Positions 12,516 to 23,984 of a DNA stretch of 64,000 nt are shown here, piece by piece. Position 1 is the first letter of the stretch. Every line of letters begins with the position of its first letter. This DNA comes from Chlorokybus atmophyticus (Eukaryota > Plantae > Mesostigma and Chlorokybus algae): assembly GCA_009103225.1 (NCBI GenBank), contig RHPI01002076.1, forward strand, positions 62,001 to 126,000, given 5' to 3'. The translations under genes were made by a program, and so were the position numbers. Under the pieces are notes generated by a model. It worked only from the letters and a program-made list of their open reading frames with translations, made no database searches and was not told where the DNA came from.

Positions 12516-13261
12516 AAGGCTGTAATCCACGAGCGGAAGTGTTTAGTGTCATTGGTGCTGTCCACGCCTCTGCAACGTCCAGACCGTGACGGGGAAGCCC
12601 CTCGCTGGAGTGGCGGCTCTCTTGCCTCACACTGCGGCTGGGGCCTGGGTCAGCATCGTCTGCGCTGCTGTGATGTGGTTCTTGAAGGCCAATGAGACTG
12701 CGAAAGAATTTGATTACTGTTTCACTACTTAGTGTACCAACCTTAAGGACCGCAGCTGGCCAACCGGCAACTGGCTGGGTGCTTATCGTTGCTATGTCTG
12801 TTGCATGCAATGAACAAACAGAGGGTTGCACTCATGTGCTGGAGTGCTGCATCACCCACGCCGCCTTGTATATGTCTTGTATGGATCACATGTCAGACCC
12901 TTTACAGTCAGAGCACATAGATAGCACGGTACGTGCACAGTGTTACGCTAGATTATCACATTCCGAGCGTTGTCATGGGCGCGCAACCATTAGACACCCT
13001 ACGAGCAAGATGCCAGCAACTTACATCACATGCCATGATTGTGAATGAAGTGTGGAAGCACCTCAGCTTCACATTCGCTTCGCACACAATCAATGATCGT
13101 CTCTGAGTCATGGCAGAATGGCTACTATATCACAACCTTGTTGGTCATCACAGCGTGAACAGCGAGCACAACTATCCCTACAGTACACACCGTAGATCAA
13201 GTTATCCTAGATACAGCTTTGGAAGTTTGCATAAGGCGTACGCTCAGCAATAAGACTGAGA

Positions 13262-14098
13262 TCAGCACGTGCTGCTATTCTCACCAGATTCACTATCAAC
13301 AGTGACCAGCTCACTCCAGTGCGTCAACCTTTCTTGCCAGCTATCCGAGAGCTCCCCATTGCGCAGCATCATCTCTTTGTTGAACCAGACATAGAACGAA
13401 TAGAAGGGCCGTTCTGCTCCCGACACAACTAGCGGGTAAATGTGCCACCCCACGTAGGCCGACCCCTTCACAAGCCAGCTGTTGTTGTCTTCAGCTGCCA
13501 GCCTTGTGTAGTGTACTTTAACTGCTATGGGAACACGTGCCAACGTGCCATCATCAATCCGCAACAAAAGCAGCTCGAGCGTGCAATCCTTCGCAAAGGC
13601 GTTTAGCGCAGCCCTCGTCGGGTCCACGTAGTGACGCTTACAACACTTCAACGGTCTGTGCCTCTTCAAACAAAATGCGCCCCCTTGAAGCTTCCTTGTC
13701 TTCTGCGCAGCAACCTCCCGCGCAGCCGGCACAAGGAGGAGTTGGCTGTTATTTGCGTTGTTGAGGCGTAGCGTGCAGAAGAGCATGCACCTTCCTACTG
13801 GGTCGCTATACAAAGCCGGCGGGAGGCTGTTGAACAATTTGTAGCATTCGCGCACTGGCTCTAACATCCCTTCCCGCGAGGGCCATCTCTGTTGAAACTG
13901 TGCGACCTCAGCTTCAACAGCTGTTCGGCTCCAGGCTTTGTTGACGCAGCGCGCGGTTGCCAAATCTATCGGGCTCAGTGTGCTGAAGATGGCATGCAAC
14001 AGGTCGCTGTTGTCCAACACTTGAGCTTTGCAGCTGTCATCCGGCACGTTGAGAGACGCCTCCCACGCAGCCCTCCTTGCAGCTCTGCGGGTCTGCAT
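13262..14098 (-). CDS. Intronless F-box protein, ~278 aa, C-terminal domain not recognised
   Basis: Open frame from the ATG at 14098 (MQTRRAARR). N-terminal F-box-like motif VLDNSDLLHAIFSTLSPIDLATARCVNKAW. Confidence 0.75.
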   Translation of the reverse strand: MQTRRAARRAAWEASLNVPDDSCKAQVLDNSDLLHAIFSTLSPIDLATARCVNKAWSRTAVEAEVAQFQQRWPSREGMLEPVRECYKLFNSLPPALYSDPVGRCMLFCTLRLNNANNSQLLLVPAAREVAAQKTRKLQGGAFCLKRHRPLKCCKRHYVDPTRAALNAFAKDCTLELLLLRIDDGTLARVPIAVKVHYTRLAAEDNNSWLVKGSAYVGWHIYPLVVSGAERPFYSFYVWFNKEMMLRNGELSDSWQERLTHWSELVTVDSESGENSSTC

Positions 14099-14269
14099 GG
14101 GTGTCGGCTGCGGTGTTGACAGTAACGTACTGTTGGTACAAGCATACACTCAGGTTGTGCATGCACCCGCACACGCGAGCGTGCGCGTGTGTGTCTCAGT
14201 GCAAGATTGCCAGTGCAGCTGCCTTAGTGTCAACATGCGTGCTGGCATGTGCGTGTACGTGTGCGTTTG

Positions 14270-14630
14270 CAGACATTACCATGCCCATGCATGCAGCTGT
14301 TAGCAAGCTGTGCCACCAACATGTACTCGTTGTTTATATGTGCGTGCAAATATATTACTCGCATGAGCTGCTAGCAAGCTAAAATGTCAGTTCAACTTGC
14401 AAGCTGTGTCACCAACATTGTTGCGTGTACATGCACGTGTACAAACTCTACCATGCACGAGCTGCTGGCAAGCTGGTGTGTCACTGAACTCTGCGAGTCG
14501 CATAACCAACAGTCTTACTTGTTGCGTGCGTGTGTGTGTGCAGCTATTACCATGCCCACGCATGGTAAGCTCATAAGCTGTTAGCAAGCTCACATGTCAT
14601 AGAAATTCGCAAGCTGTGTCACCAACATTT
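14270..14630. repeat. Degenerate minisatellite (CAAGCTGTG(T/C)CACCAACAT x3; GAGCTGCT(A/G)GCAAGCT x2)
   Basis: Recurring units near 14303, 14399 and 14610, and near 14365 and 14459. Confidence 0.55.
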
Positions 14631-15083
14631 CTATCCGAAACAACTTACTAGCCTACCAGTATTCGACATATCAGCATATGCAACAGCGCCATGATGACAA
14701 CTGCTCCGTTTGATGACCTTCTATGTGATGAGCTGCTTTAACTCGTTATTGTCATGACGTAAACTGGACACGCTCATTGTACAAGTGGTGTTCACAGTGC
14801 TGTCAAGCCAGGCGTCTCATTCACAAAGCCAGGTTGATGGCATTGTTGCGTACCTGGCCAACTGAATCGGTCCTTCAAGCTTGACAGAGCAGCATGAACA
14901 GGCCGGGCACGCTTACAGGCAGGCGGGCAGGCAGGTGGAGAAGCCCACCCAACAACTAGCAAGGCCCACTGGCCAGCTATGTCAAAGCGCTGCCACACCC
15001 AGCCGCCGCCGCTTAGTGCTACCAGAAGCTAGAGGCGCAGCCACTGAAGCATCACACACGTACGACAGCACCACCGTTGTCGC

Positions 15084-15114
<31 letters not shown>

Positions 15115-15748
15115 TGTGAACCAAAACTTCTAGCATGATTACAGAGTGCAATGCAATGCACCATGAGCTCAGCGGCGGTGGCAATGTTAGGCTGAAGCTT
15201 CTTGTGCACTGCTTGGCGCACCGGTAAGCTTGTGATTGTTCGCCTCTGCGGCTGCGCCCTGGTCGGGCCTACTCAAGGTGTGAGCTGGGTTGTGCATTGG
15301 GCTAAAAAGCAAATAACGCACGGCTTGCGGGATGAGCATTGCATTGCATTGCTCTGCTACCTGCTGACTTGTGGTCTAATACGCAAGAAGTCAACAGGAA
15401 CAGAGCTGCAAACTGCTTTGTGTCCTGCGTAGTTGCTTGCCAGTGTCACTGGCAAGCTGTATGTGCCTGTCTGCTTGCTAACTGTTTGCGGAGATGTTAG
15501 CGTGCATGACACGTTTTGGTCTTGTGGTACACTCAGCTGTCGTCTCCAAGGAAAAAAAGCTTGCTATTTGTCTCGAAAACAAGCTGCACGTTGGCTCCGT
15601 GCTTGTCTGCTGCAGCCTGCAAGCCGTGAAGCACACAGCCACAAGACGATTGCAAGAGCTGTTTTTGGCAAACAGCCAGCCAGCTTAGCGTGTCCATCTT
15701 GTGTGTTTTGTCTTACACAGTGTGTGACACAGTATTTCCTTACAGCAA

Positions 15749-16720
15749 TGTAGACGCGGAAAGCGGCCCGAGGACTGCCTGCGCACGCACGCTAACCAAC
15801 CACGTTGACGGAAGCTTGTATGGACACGTGTTGGACAGTAGCGACATGAAGCAAGCCATCTTCAGCACACTCTCCCCAAATGAGTTGGCTTCCGTGCATT
15901 ATAAATGAGTGGAGATTTCGTGCTACCAAAGTCAAGGCCGCGCAGTTCACCCAAAGATGGCCTTGCATGGAGGCTGTTGTTGTTGGGGAGGGGGNNNNNN
16001 NNNNNNNNNNNNNNNNNNNNNNNNNNNNNNNNNNNNNNNNNNNNNNNNNNNNNNNNNNNNNNNNNNNNNNNNNNNNNNNNNNNNNNNNNNNNNNNNNNNN
16101 NNNNNNNNNNNNNNNNNNNNNNNNNNNNNNNNNNNNNNNNNNNNNNNNNNNNNNNNNNNNNNNNNNNNNNNNNNNNNNNNNNNNNNNNNNNNNNNNNNNN
16201 NNNNNNNNNNNNNNNNNNNNNNNNGGGGCTCTGATGTGCTATAGCGCAAGACGTTTAGGACTAGATTGCTACTACTCGGACCAACCAACCAACGATAACA
16301 TACAACATACACCCAACCCGAAGTACAGCAGGCAGGTAGGAGGGGAGGGTCGTCCACAGCTGTTGGCTAATCATCCCCCAGCTGTGCGCAGCCAAACAGG
16401 CAGCTGCATGTTGTTCTGCACGCTTCCCGATGGTGTGAAACACCTCCTCGTGCCACATGACGTTGCCACGCACGAAAATTGTGGCACCCTCATACTGCCA
16501 CATTTCTCCACGGGGACGTGTTCTGTTTGATGATACACAAGCCTCTGAAAGTTTGCAATCGTGTGCGTGTGGACAGTAGGCTGCGCTCGCCCACATTACG
16601 CTCAATTGACACTCATGCGCCTGCCCGTGCAGGTGCGCGCCCACTGCGTGAGTTTGAGGTTTGGGTCGCGCAGGACTCCCGCTGTTGGATCACCCGGGCA
16701 TCCCAATGCACTGGAGTCAG
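15749..16720 (+). pseudogene. Frameshifted, inverted paralogue of the 13262-14098 F-box gene
   Basis: VLDSSDMKQAIFSTLSPNELAS then a frame change to KVKAAQFTQRWP. After the gap come QLLANHPPAVRSQTGSCMLFCTL and, in another frame, GDVFCLMIHKPLKVCNRVRVD. All are collinear with the intact copy. Confidence 0.75.
15995..16224. other. Assembly gap (N run) flanked by G tracts
   Basis: Run of N characters. Confidence 1.
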
Positions 16721-18177
16721 CTGACCACTGCTGCCAGTGCAAGCATTGCAGCCACTGGCAGCAATATGCAGGTGGGTACATGCACAAATCCGTTGTAGTC
16801 TAGGTGCTGCCATGCATACTGCACCAGGGGGCTGATGTGTGGATGACGCAAGCTCAGGAGGTTCAACGCTGTAGCCAGGTTGGTTGACTTTCTTTTGCAG
16901 TGGTGGAGCTGTCTGTGGCACTCGACTGTCAAGTCCACTCTGGCAATTTGCTGTACGTGAGAAAGTGTTGCCGCTAGTATGCAGTTCTGTTGTTGACATC
17001 AGGGGTTACTTCACAAAGTTATACACACGTGCACTTAGTGCCCATGCCATAAGCAAACACACCTAATAGGAAACTCTCTTGTTGGAATAGTCGGACTGCT
17101 ACACGCTTTTCACATCTTTGCAGTGCCACTTGAGACACACGAAGCAAGCCAGTACTAAGATCCACAGGACTGCTCATTGCCTGATTGCATGGGTGCATAT
17201 GTTTCTTTAATGTCCCCGCATTGACAAACAAGTCAAACAGCGTCTTGCAAACCGGCATTGTGCTGAAGAGACATCACATTCTCCGCAAGCTGCTTTCCAC
17301 ATAGTGTTAAACACGCACTGCTGCCATTGACAATATCAGCGCGTCATGCCGCAATGCTGCCGCGTACTGCGTGGTAATCATATCAACAACTTCTAAACTG
17401 GGCTGAGCACTGTCGGCATGCTCCGGTCTCACAATAACAATCACCTTTATCAACACACAAGACGCAGACATTGAACCTGTAGCAGCACTTGCAGTCTTCT
17501 TGATTGCCTGCAGCGGCTGAGCTTTTGACAAATAAAGGTGCATAGACTTACATGTGCGCACGTGCAGTGCGCGAGCATGCACGCATTGTATGCATGTCAA
17601 TCGCGTGAGTGCGCATGTGCGGATTAATATCTTTGTTTGGGCGTGCGTGTGCGCGTGCCAGAACCCTTGTCATACAAACAACAACGCTCTTTGGCTAGGA
17701 AACTCACTTAATAGTAGCTCATCAGGCCTTGGCCACCACCAGTAGTGGTAGCCAAGGCAAGTAGTGGCTCCAAGTAGTTAGCAACCCCGGGTTGATGTTA
17801 TTCTTTAACCTACTTTGTACAAGTGCCCACGGGTCCCAGGACCGTCGCTATGCGGGCCTATGTTTATGTTGTGACATCCACCAACACCATAGCGAGCGGC
17901 GCTAAGTTACTACCATGCAGCGAGTCTTCTGCTCACTTCATCATTACGACTGGTGCTTTGTCTGGCTCTTTCAATTGACGTGATGTGACCAACGTCAGTA
18001 CATGCACTTGATTCTTGCAGAGAAAGCAGCTTCAAGTCTTTGCAATCTCAGCAATGCACGCTGTAAGCTGTAAGCTTGCCCACATGCACGAGCACTTCTC
18101 GCCAAGACAACTCCATCGGTTGTTCCACCTGCTTTGCTGCATTCTAGTTATGGCAAACACTGCATGCGTGTTTACAG

Positions 18178-18555
18178 AATGAAGCGGCTGATCTCCTGGA
18201 GTTGGCTAGAAATTACGAGGTGAAGATACTCTATGACCGCTGTGAGAACTACCTTATTGAGCAAACGCCTTCATCCAAGCTGCCAAGCGTGGTGAAGATG
18301 GCTGTGCTTGCGGACACACACAGCCTGCCAAGCCTCCGCAAGCACGTCATCTCTAGGCTGAAGTCGCCTAACAGCGTAGAAAGATTAAACAAGGAACTCC
18401 TGCGTGACTGCTGCGCAGATACGGTGCTGGACGTGATGTGTCACCATCTTTCAAACGAAAGGGAGCGCAGCCAAGCCTTGACAAGAAAGTTGAAGCTCGG
18501 AGGTGAAACCTGGAGCAACATCATCATAGTAGTAGAAATGATTCTACTACTTTAG
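18178..18555 (+). CDS. Orphan exon encoding the post-BTB helical half of a BTB protein (partial gene or pseudogene)
   Basis: After acceptor tttacag: NEAADLLELARNYEVKILYDRCENYL..VLADTHSLPSLR..CCADTVLDV. Homologous to, and with the same intron position as, both halves of the 21323-23030 gene. No BTB exon was found upstream. Confidence 0.6.
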   Translation, partial: NEAADLLELARNYEVKILYDRCENYLIEQTPSSKLPSVVKMAVLADTHSLPSLRKHVISRLKSPNSVERLNKELLRDCCADTVLDVMCHHLSNERERSQALTRKLKLGGETWSNIIIVVEMILLL

Positions 18556-21322
18556 AGCTCGGGGAGGTCCAACGATAGAAACAGCAATGGGAATGTTATA
18601 AGTTGGCTTGCATTGTTGAGTGCATATTATGGACAAGTTTGGTCAGCTAGAAATGGCTAAATCCTTAGTGTACTAGTGGTTATGGTATAAGGACTGATAT
18701 CGAGCAGTTGTGAGTCCAATGGCAGATATCTGGACAGTGTGCGACGCGGAGTGTGAGCAAGCCCGAAGACTCCGGACTTGGCTGAGTCTGGCGCAGGCTG
18801 GCGCATCCCAGAGCTTAAGAAGGATGGCAACAACTCCGTGTGTAGTCAAATGTATGGTGCGTGGCATAGCTTGTTGAAAAGCGTGTGAAGCTAGCTATGT
18901 GGCAAGACTTACAACACCGCGTTTAGCTGAGCATAGCTTACGTGGTGCTTGCTAGAGTAAACATGTGTAGAGACTGGCGGGGTTTAAAAGCCCGTGCACT
19001 CGTGGTAATCTAAGCTTGTAGAAAATACAATGTAGCGCGTGTATGCTCCTATGAGGCGGTTGTCGTGCATGTGTGTATGCTCACGATGTAGCATGTGTGT
19101 TTTTGTGCTTGCACCAGATCCATGTGCATGTGTAGTAGCTTGTCCGAATCTCAGCAGGGGACGTGTCAAGCACTCTAGTTGTTGCAATGAGCATTGTACA
19201 ACCGCAAGCGAACACGTGTTGCAGTCATCTGGCACGTGTTGCACAGGAAAGTGTGTGCTGCATGCCCGTGCTCTGGTTACCATCGTTGCCAACATATTCA
19301 TCTGCAAAGGATCCATGATCGTCGCATATAACCACCACACCAACCAACATGCATCTCCATGCCAGGGCTGCCAACCACATACAGACAACACGGAGGGTAG
19401 TGTGAAGTATGTACAGCGCTAGGGAAGTGAGGCGTGTGGTGTGATGGTCTCCTACCAACCATCAACACTGCAACCAGCAGCCTGCTGAGTTTGCGGCCCT
19501 CCTCCACTGGCTGGCTGCGAGCAAGTTGGCAACAGGCAGAAGGGTTGAGCCAAAAGTGGCAGTAGCGGGCAGCCACTCGGGCGAGCTGTTGTCTTGGGAC
19601 AGATTGCTTCTCAAACCAAAACAATATGCAGTACTTTGGGCGTCATTGAGGTCCTGAGATGCTTGTCTTTCGTGCGTGCGTGCGTGCATACGGAGATGAC
19701 TCATGCCCATGCATGTCTCTCGCTCACACACGCATGCGTATGCGCGTCATGGTCATTGTGCTGTAATGACATACACGGTGAATGTCATTACATCATGCGC
19801 CACAACTGCAGTGCAGTCATGCGTACGTATGCACGCATGTGTGTGCGTGTACCGGTCAGGCACAAGCAACGAAAACAAAAGTAAGTTCAGCAAGCCAAAC
19901 AAACACCTGCAGGTGCCTCCGGTGCGTGTGAGCACTTTAAAAGCACTGGCATGCATGCGCATATGTAGGCTTTCGGGGCCTGTGGAGTGTGCCGTTGTCC
20001 TATCAGTGAGTCAAGGACAGTGTAGAAAATATGCAATGCTGTGCATGTGACTCACCATTGCACGGCCCATGCAACATACACCAGCACAGTCACAGTCCAC
20101 CATGGCAGCAACTTATTTCACCACCGGGCTACCTATACAACCTAGGTAGCTAGCTTCGCTATTGCCCTTACCCTGTTAGTCAACATGCATGCATCATCAC
20201 CTGCGACACCGCCAGTAGTATCAGCCTTGCACCAACGGATGTCAACGATCACCACGACCAGCAGACCAGACTCCCCCCGCCACCGCTCTCCCACACCGCC
20301 ACCACCGCCAGTACTGCTGCTGCGGCTGCCGGCTGCATGCTTAGGGTTTCGTCAGTTGTACCACTCACATGCACGGTGGCATGCACGGCTCAAACTCCCT
20401 GCGTGGATGCGTTCATGTGTCCCTGACTGGTAGTGGTCATGTGTCCTCAGGACACAGACACAGACACACACACACACATACAAAGTTGGTACTTCTGCTG
20501 TTTCATTTATTGTGTAACAACGTTGTCATAACAGCTGCTAAGGCATATCCTGCATGATTCTATGCATATGCGCTCGGCCCGGGGTGGGTGGGTGGGGGTG
20601 GGGGTGGGGTCCAACTACAGTCTCTGGCGCATATGGTTTGTAGGCAAGCACTTATGAATAAGACAAGCCTGTGTCAGCCTCTTCAGGTCATGCAAGCAGC
20701 GGATTCCACAACAAAGAGTGTGTGCCTTGTCTCAGCACAACTTGCACACGAGATCTTGCTTACCGCTATGCAGCAAACAACAGAGACGCTTTCATTGCAT
20801 ACCAGCGCTACATGCTCAGTCCATTGCAGCACGAGCACCCTACAATACACAACAATTCAACATTCAGTTTCGCAAGCCAATGCAGTGCAACCCAGCCAGG
20901 AGCAGGTGCAACTCTTGGTGTTCCGACATACGCCAAGAACATGTGCCTTTGCTGTCTGAGCACAAGCTTCAAGTTCCGTACAATTGCTTGCGCGACTGCA
21001 GCGCACATGTGATCTTCATGCTACAGCGTTGTGGTGACCATCAATTATGCAAAGAGTGGCTGCAAGAACGACACAGGATGCATGTTTGAGGTGCTGTGTG
21101 TCACTGCAGGACGACACAACGACCAAGTTCATCGACGCTGATACTCTCTCAATGACATGCTAGTTCTGGTGCCACACCCACCTGCTGCTAGTCTAGAATC
21201 TACTGCAGACTGTACATCAACTTCGGGCCTCCGCATAACTACAATGTGATTTGTGGAGTGCCCAGAAGTTACCAAGTCAGCGTCACTGACTGGCCAGCTT
21301 TTTGATGCATGCAAGCTCTTGC

Positions 21323-23030
21323 TTAAGAGCAGCGAGCGCGCTTTACTAAGGGCGCGTGCAGCACGTCAAACACCGTGTCCGGGTGGCATTTGCAGAGGGG
21401 TCCCTTGGCCAACCGGGCCGGATGAACGCTCTGCAGTATTGCTATCGCCTTTGTTCGCAGTCTTGGTATATTGTGCAAGTCTGCGAGCACTGCCGCTCGC
21501 ATCGCGTCTGCAGGATTCTGTCCCGAAATCCACTCCATGATATGACCCTCACAGCGCTCAAACAGAAGACACACGTCATACTTCCTTGCCAACATGAGCA
21601 GCTTCTCCGCTTCCTCCTGCATCAGTTTCTCACTTGAAACTTCGAATAGAGTAGAAACTGCAATGATTCAATTCGATATGTAGACTGCGAACACACAGCA
21701 GCTCTTGAAGTCCCTTACCATGGAAGTAAATCTTGTAAGTGTCAACTGCGTGGGACACAGATGTTGCAGCAACTTTTCTACATCGTCTGGGTCCTCATCG
21801 AGATTCAGCTCGTTGCCTTGCATTGTTGCAAGCAGTTTGCGCAACACGCTGCTGTGCGCGGCTAAGATCCACCGGCTGGCGGCAAAGTGACGATCTGAAC
21901 ACAACAATGCATTCAGTTTGGGATGTACTTGGACACCGCTCTCCATGAACTTTACTGACTGTACTCACCTTTGACAACAAGCTGTAAATCAGACCACTTC
22001 TGAATTCTGTCCTTCAGAAGCCTGCCAAAATTGCCCAACAATGGTTTGCAGCAGCCTTCCTTACATGGGAGACTGTACAGCAACCATGCCACTGGCGGGT
22101 CAGGCTTTCAAGCAAGCTACAACGCCACATACAAGGCATGGGTGTGCTTGCACCAGCAGAAGCATGCCCAGCTCAAGCTCAGCAGTCATTCCATACGCAC
22201 CTGTCCTTGCCCACCACCTCCGCTGCTATGCGTGTTTCTGGAGGACAGGAGGTCTGTGCATCGTGCTCCATGGGTTGACCATGCAGTCGAACTAAATTGG
22301 GGTGGAGTATGTCAAAGATGGAGTCTGCGCGGCACTGCACCAGGTCTTTTTTTTTCAAATCATATGTGCAGTACGACAAACTCTTGATGGCTTGTGCGCG
22401 CAAAGACGTCATATCGTACGCCTCAGCCAGGACCAGCACTCTCACTGCTGCGCTCGTGTCGTTGACCACTGGCCACAATGTCCCAGCCAAGTAGTCATTG
22501 CACCGCTCGAACACAAGCGCAATGTCATACTTTCTGGCAAGCTCCAACAGTTCCTCAGCTGCGCTCTGCACACAGCAAACATTAATCTCGAGATTGCTCT
22601 CACTACTTACACATCAATAGCCAAAACAAAGTCTGCACAATAGCAGCACGCTACATGATACAGGGCAACGCAGCCAGGCAACGCCTTACAATTGAGCCGA
22701 CTGCTGTGTCTTTCACGTGCGCCGGACACAGCTGGTGCAGCAGCCTCTTGATCACCTCTGTGTTTTCCCCATCCAAGGAAAGGGAAGTAGCATCTGTGCT
22801 CGACAGCAAATTGTCCAGCACCGTGCTGTGCTGCGCCAACAGCCAATGGCTGGTGGGAAGCTCTTGACCTGAACATGACACCGTTATAAGCAATTACTCG
22901 TAAACGTTAAGAGAACATTGGCTGCAAGGCTGCATCTCATCCCATGCGCCAATGCGAATAGCAGCTGGAAAATTGCTGTCTACACAGCACCTTGAACCAT
23001 GAGGTGGCAGTCCGAGAACTTAGCAGCCAT
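21323..23030 (-). CDS. Tandem double BTB/POZ-domain protein, 6 exons, ~368 aa
   Basis: Exons 23030-22991, 22868-22690, 22565-22201, 22021-21969, 21894-21719 and 21616-21323 splice in frame (1107 nt). Two units: FSDCHLMVQGQELPTSHWLLAQHSTVL..LLELARKYD and WSDLQLVVKDRHFAASRWILAAHSSVL..LLMLARKYD. Confidence 0.75.
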
Positions 23031-23984
23031 GGCCACGTTGGACCTGCAAACGTTCAGCCTAAGTTAATGCTTGTACGAGTTGCCACGGTGTATCTTGCAC
23101 AAAGGCACTGCCTTGCCATGCCTGGCAGTGCTCGACACTTGGTACAAGAGAACAGCAGCACCAAATGCCAACAAGCGTGCAACGCATTGAGTTTCCGTGC
23201 ACACATGCATGGTGTGAAGCTTTCCACAAACTCGCTGTGGCACTTGCTGCGTACTGAGGGGGCTACTACTGAAGTGGCCTAAAATGCGAGTTCTCTTGGC
23301 ATCAGTTTTTAAAATAAAGCGAGACTGTAGTACACGCGCATGCAGGCAGGTCAGAGACAGTTTACTTGGAGTTGCTGCGCGTGCTTTTCCGGGCCAACTT
23401 GCCCATCGATTCTGCCATAGGTCGCCCTTGCATTGTGCTGATGCTCAAGACACCAAAGAGGAGAGCAACACTGCCTTTCTGTAGCCTAAGGCTGGGGCAC
23501 CAAGCAGAGTACGTAGTTTACAGCTCGCGCCATGCTTCGTCTGCATGTGTTAGAACTATGAGTACGCGCAACTCGCAGGCTGTGACATGCTGAGGTCTTA
23601 ATGCACGTCAATGATGGCTGTCAAGTACAGGAGAGCAGATGTCGAGCACAGGAAGGCAAGAGTGATATGCTAGTACACGGTCATCGGCCATGCGTCAGCA
23701 GCAAGCTGTCAGTGCGTGACTCGACGGACTTCTTCTGCCTCTAATCACTTGAGCTGTGATGCAACAAGCATGCAAACGGATGACAGACATCTTGCCTTGC
23801 GCGGATGGCCACCCAGGCCAGCACGCCCGGTCATAAAAAGTCGCAAGACGGCAGGACTCTATGATATCCTATGCATGCGGCTGACAGGTGCATGCATAGG
23901 GTGCAATTTGCTCAATTTGATTGCATACCTTTTGGACTCAAGTAGAAGTGCCCCGCCTGTCTTGCTCACTTCTCTGAGTCTACC

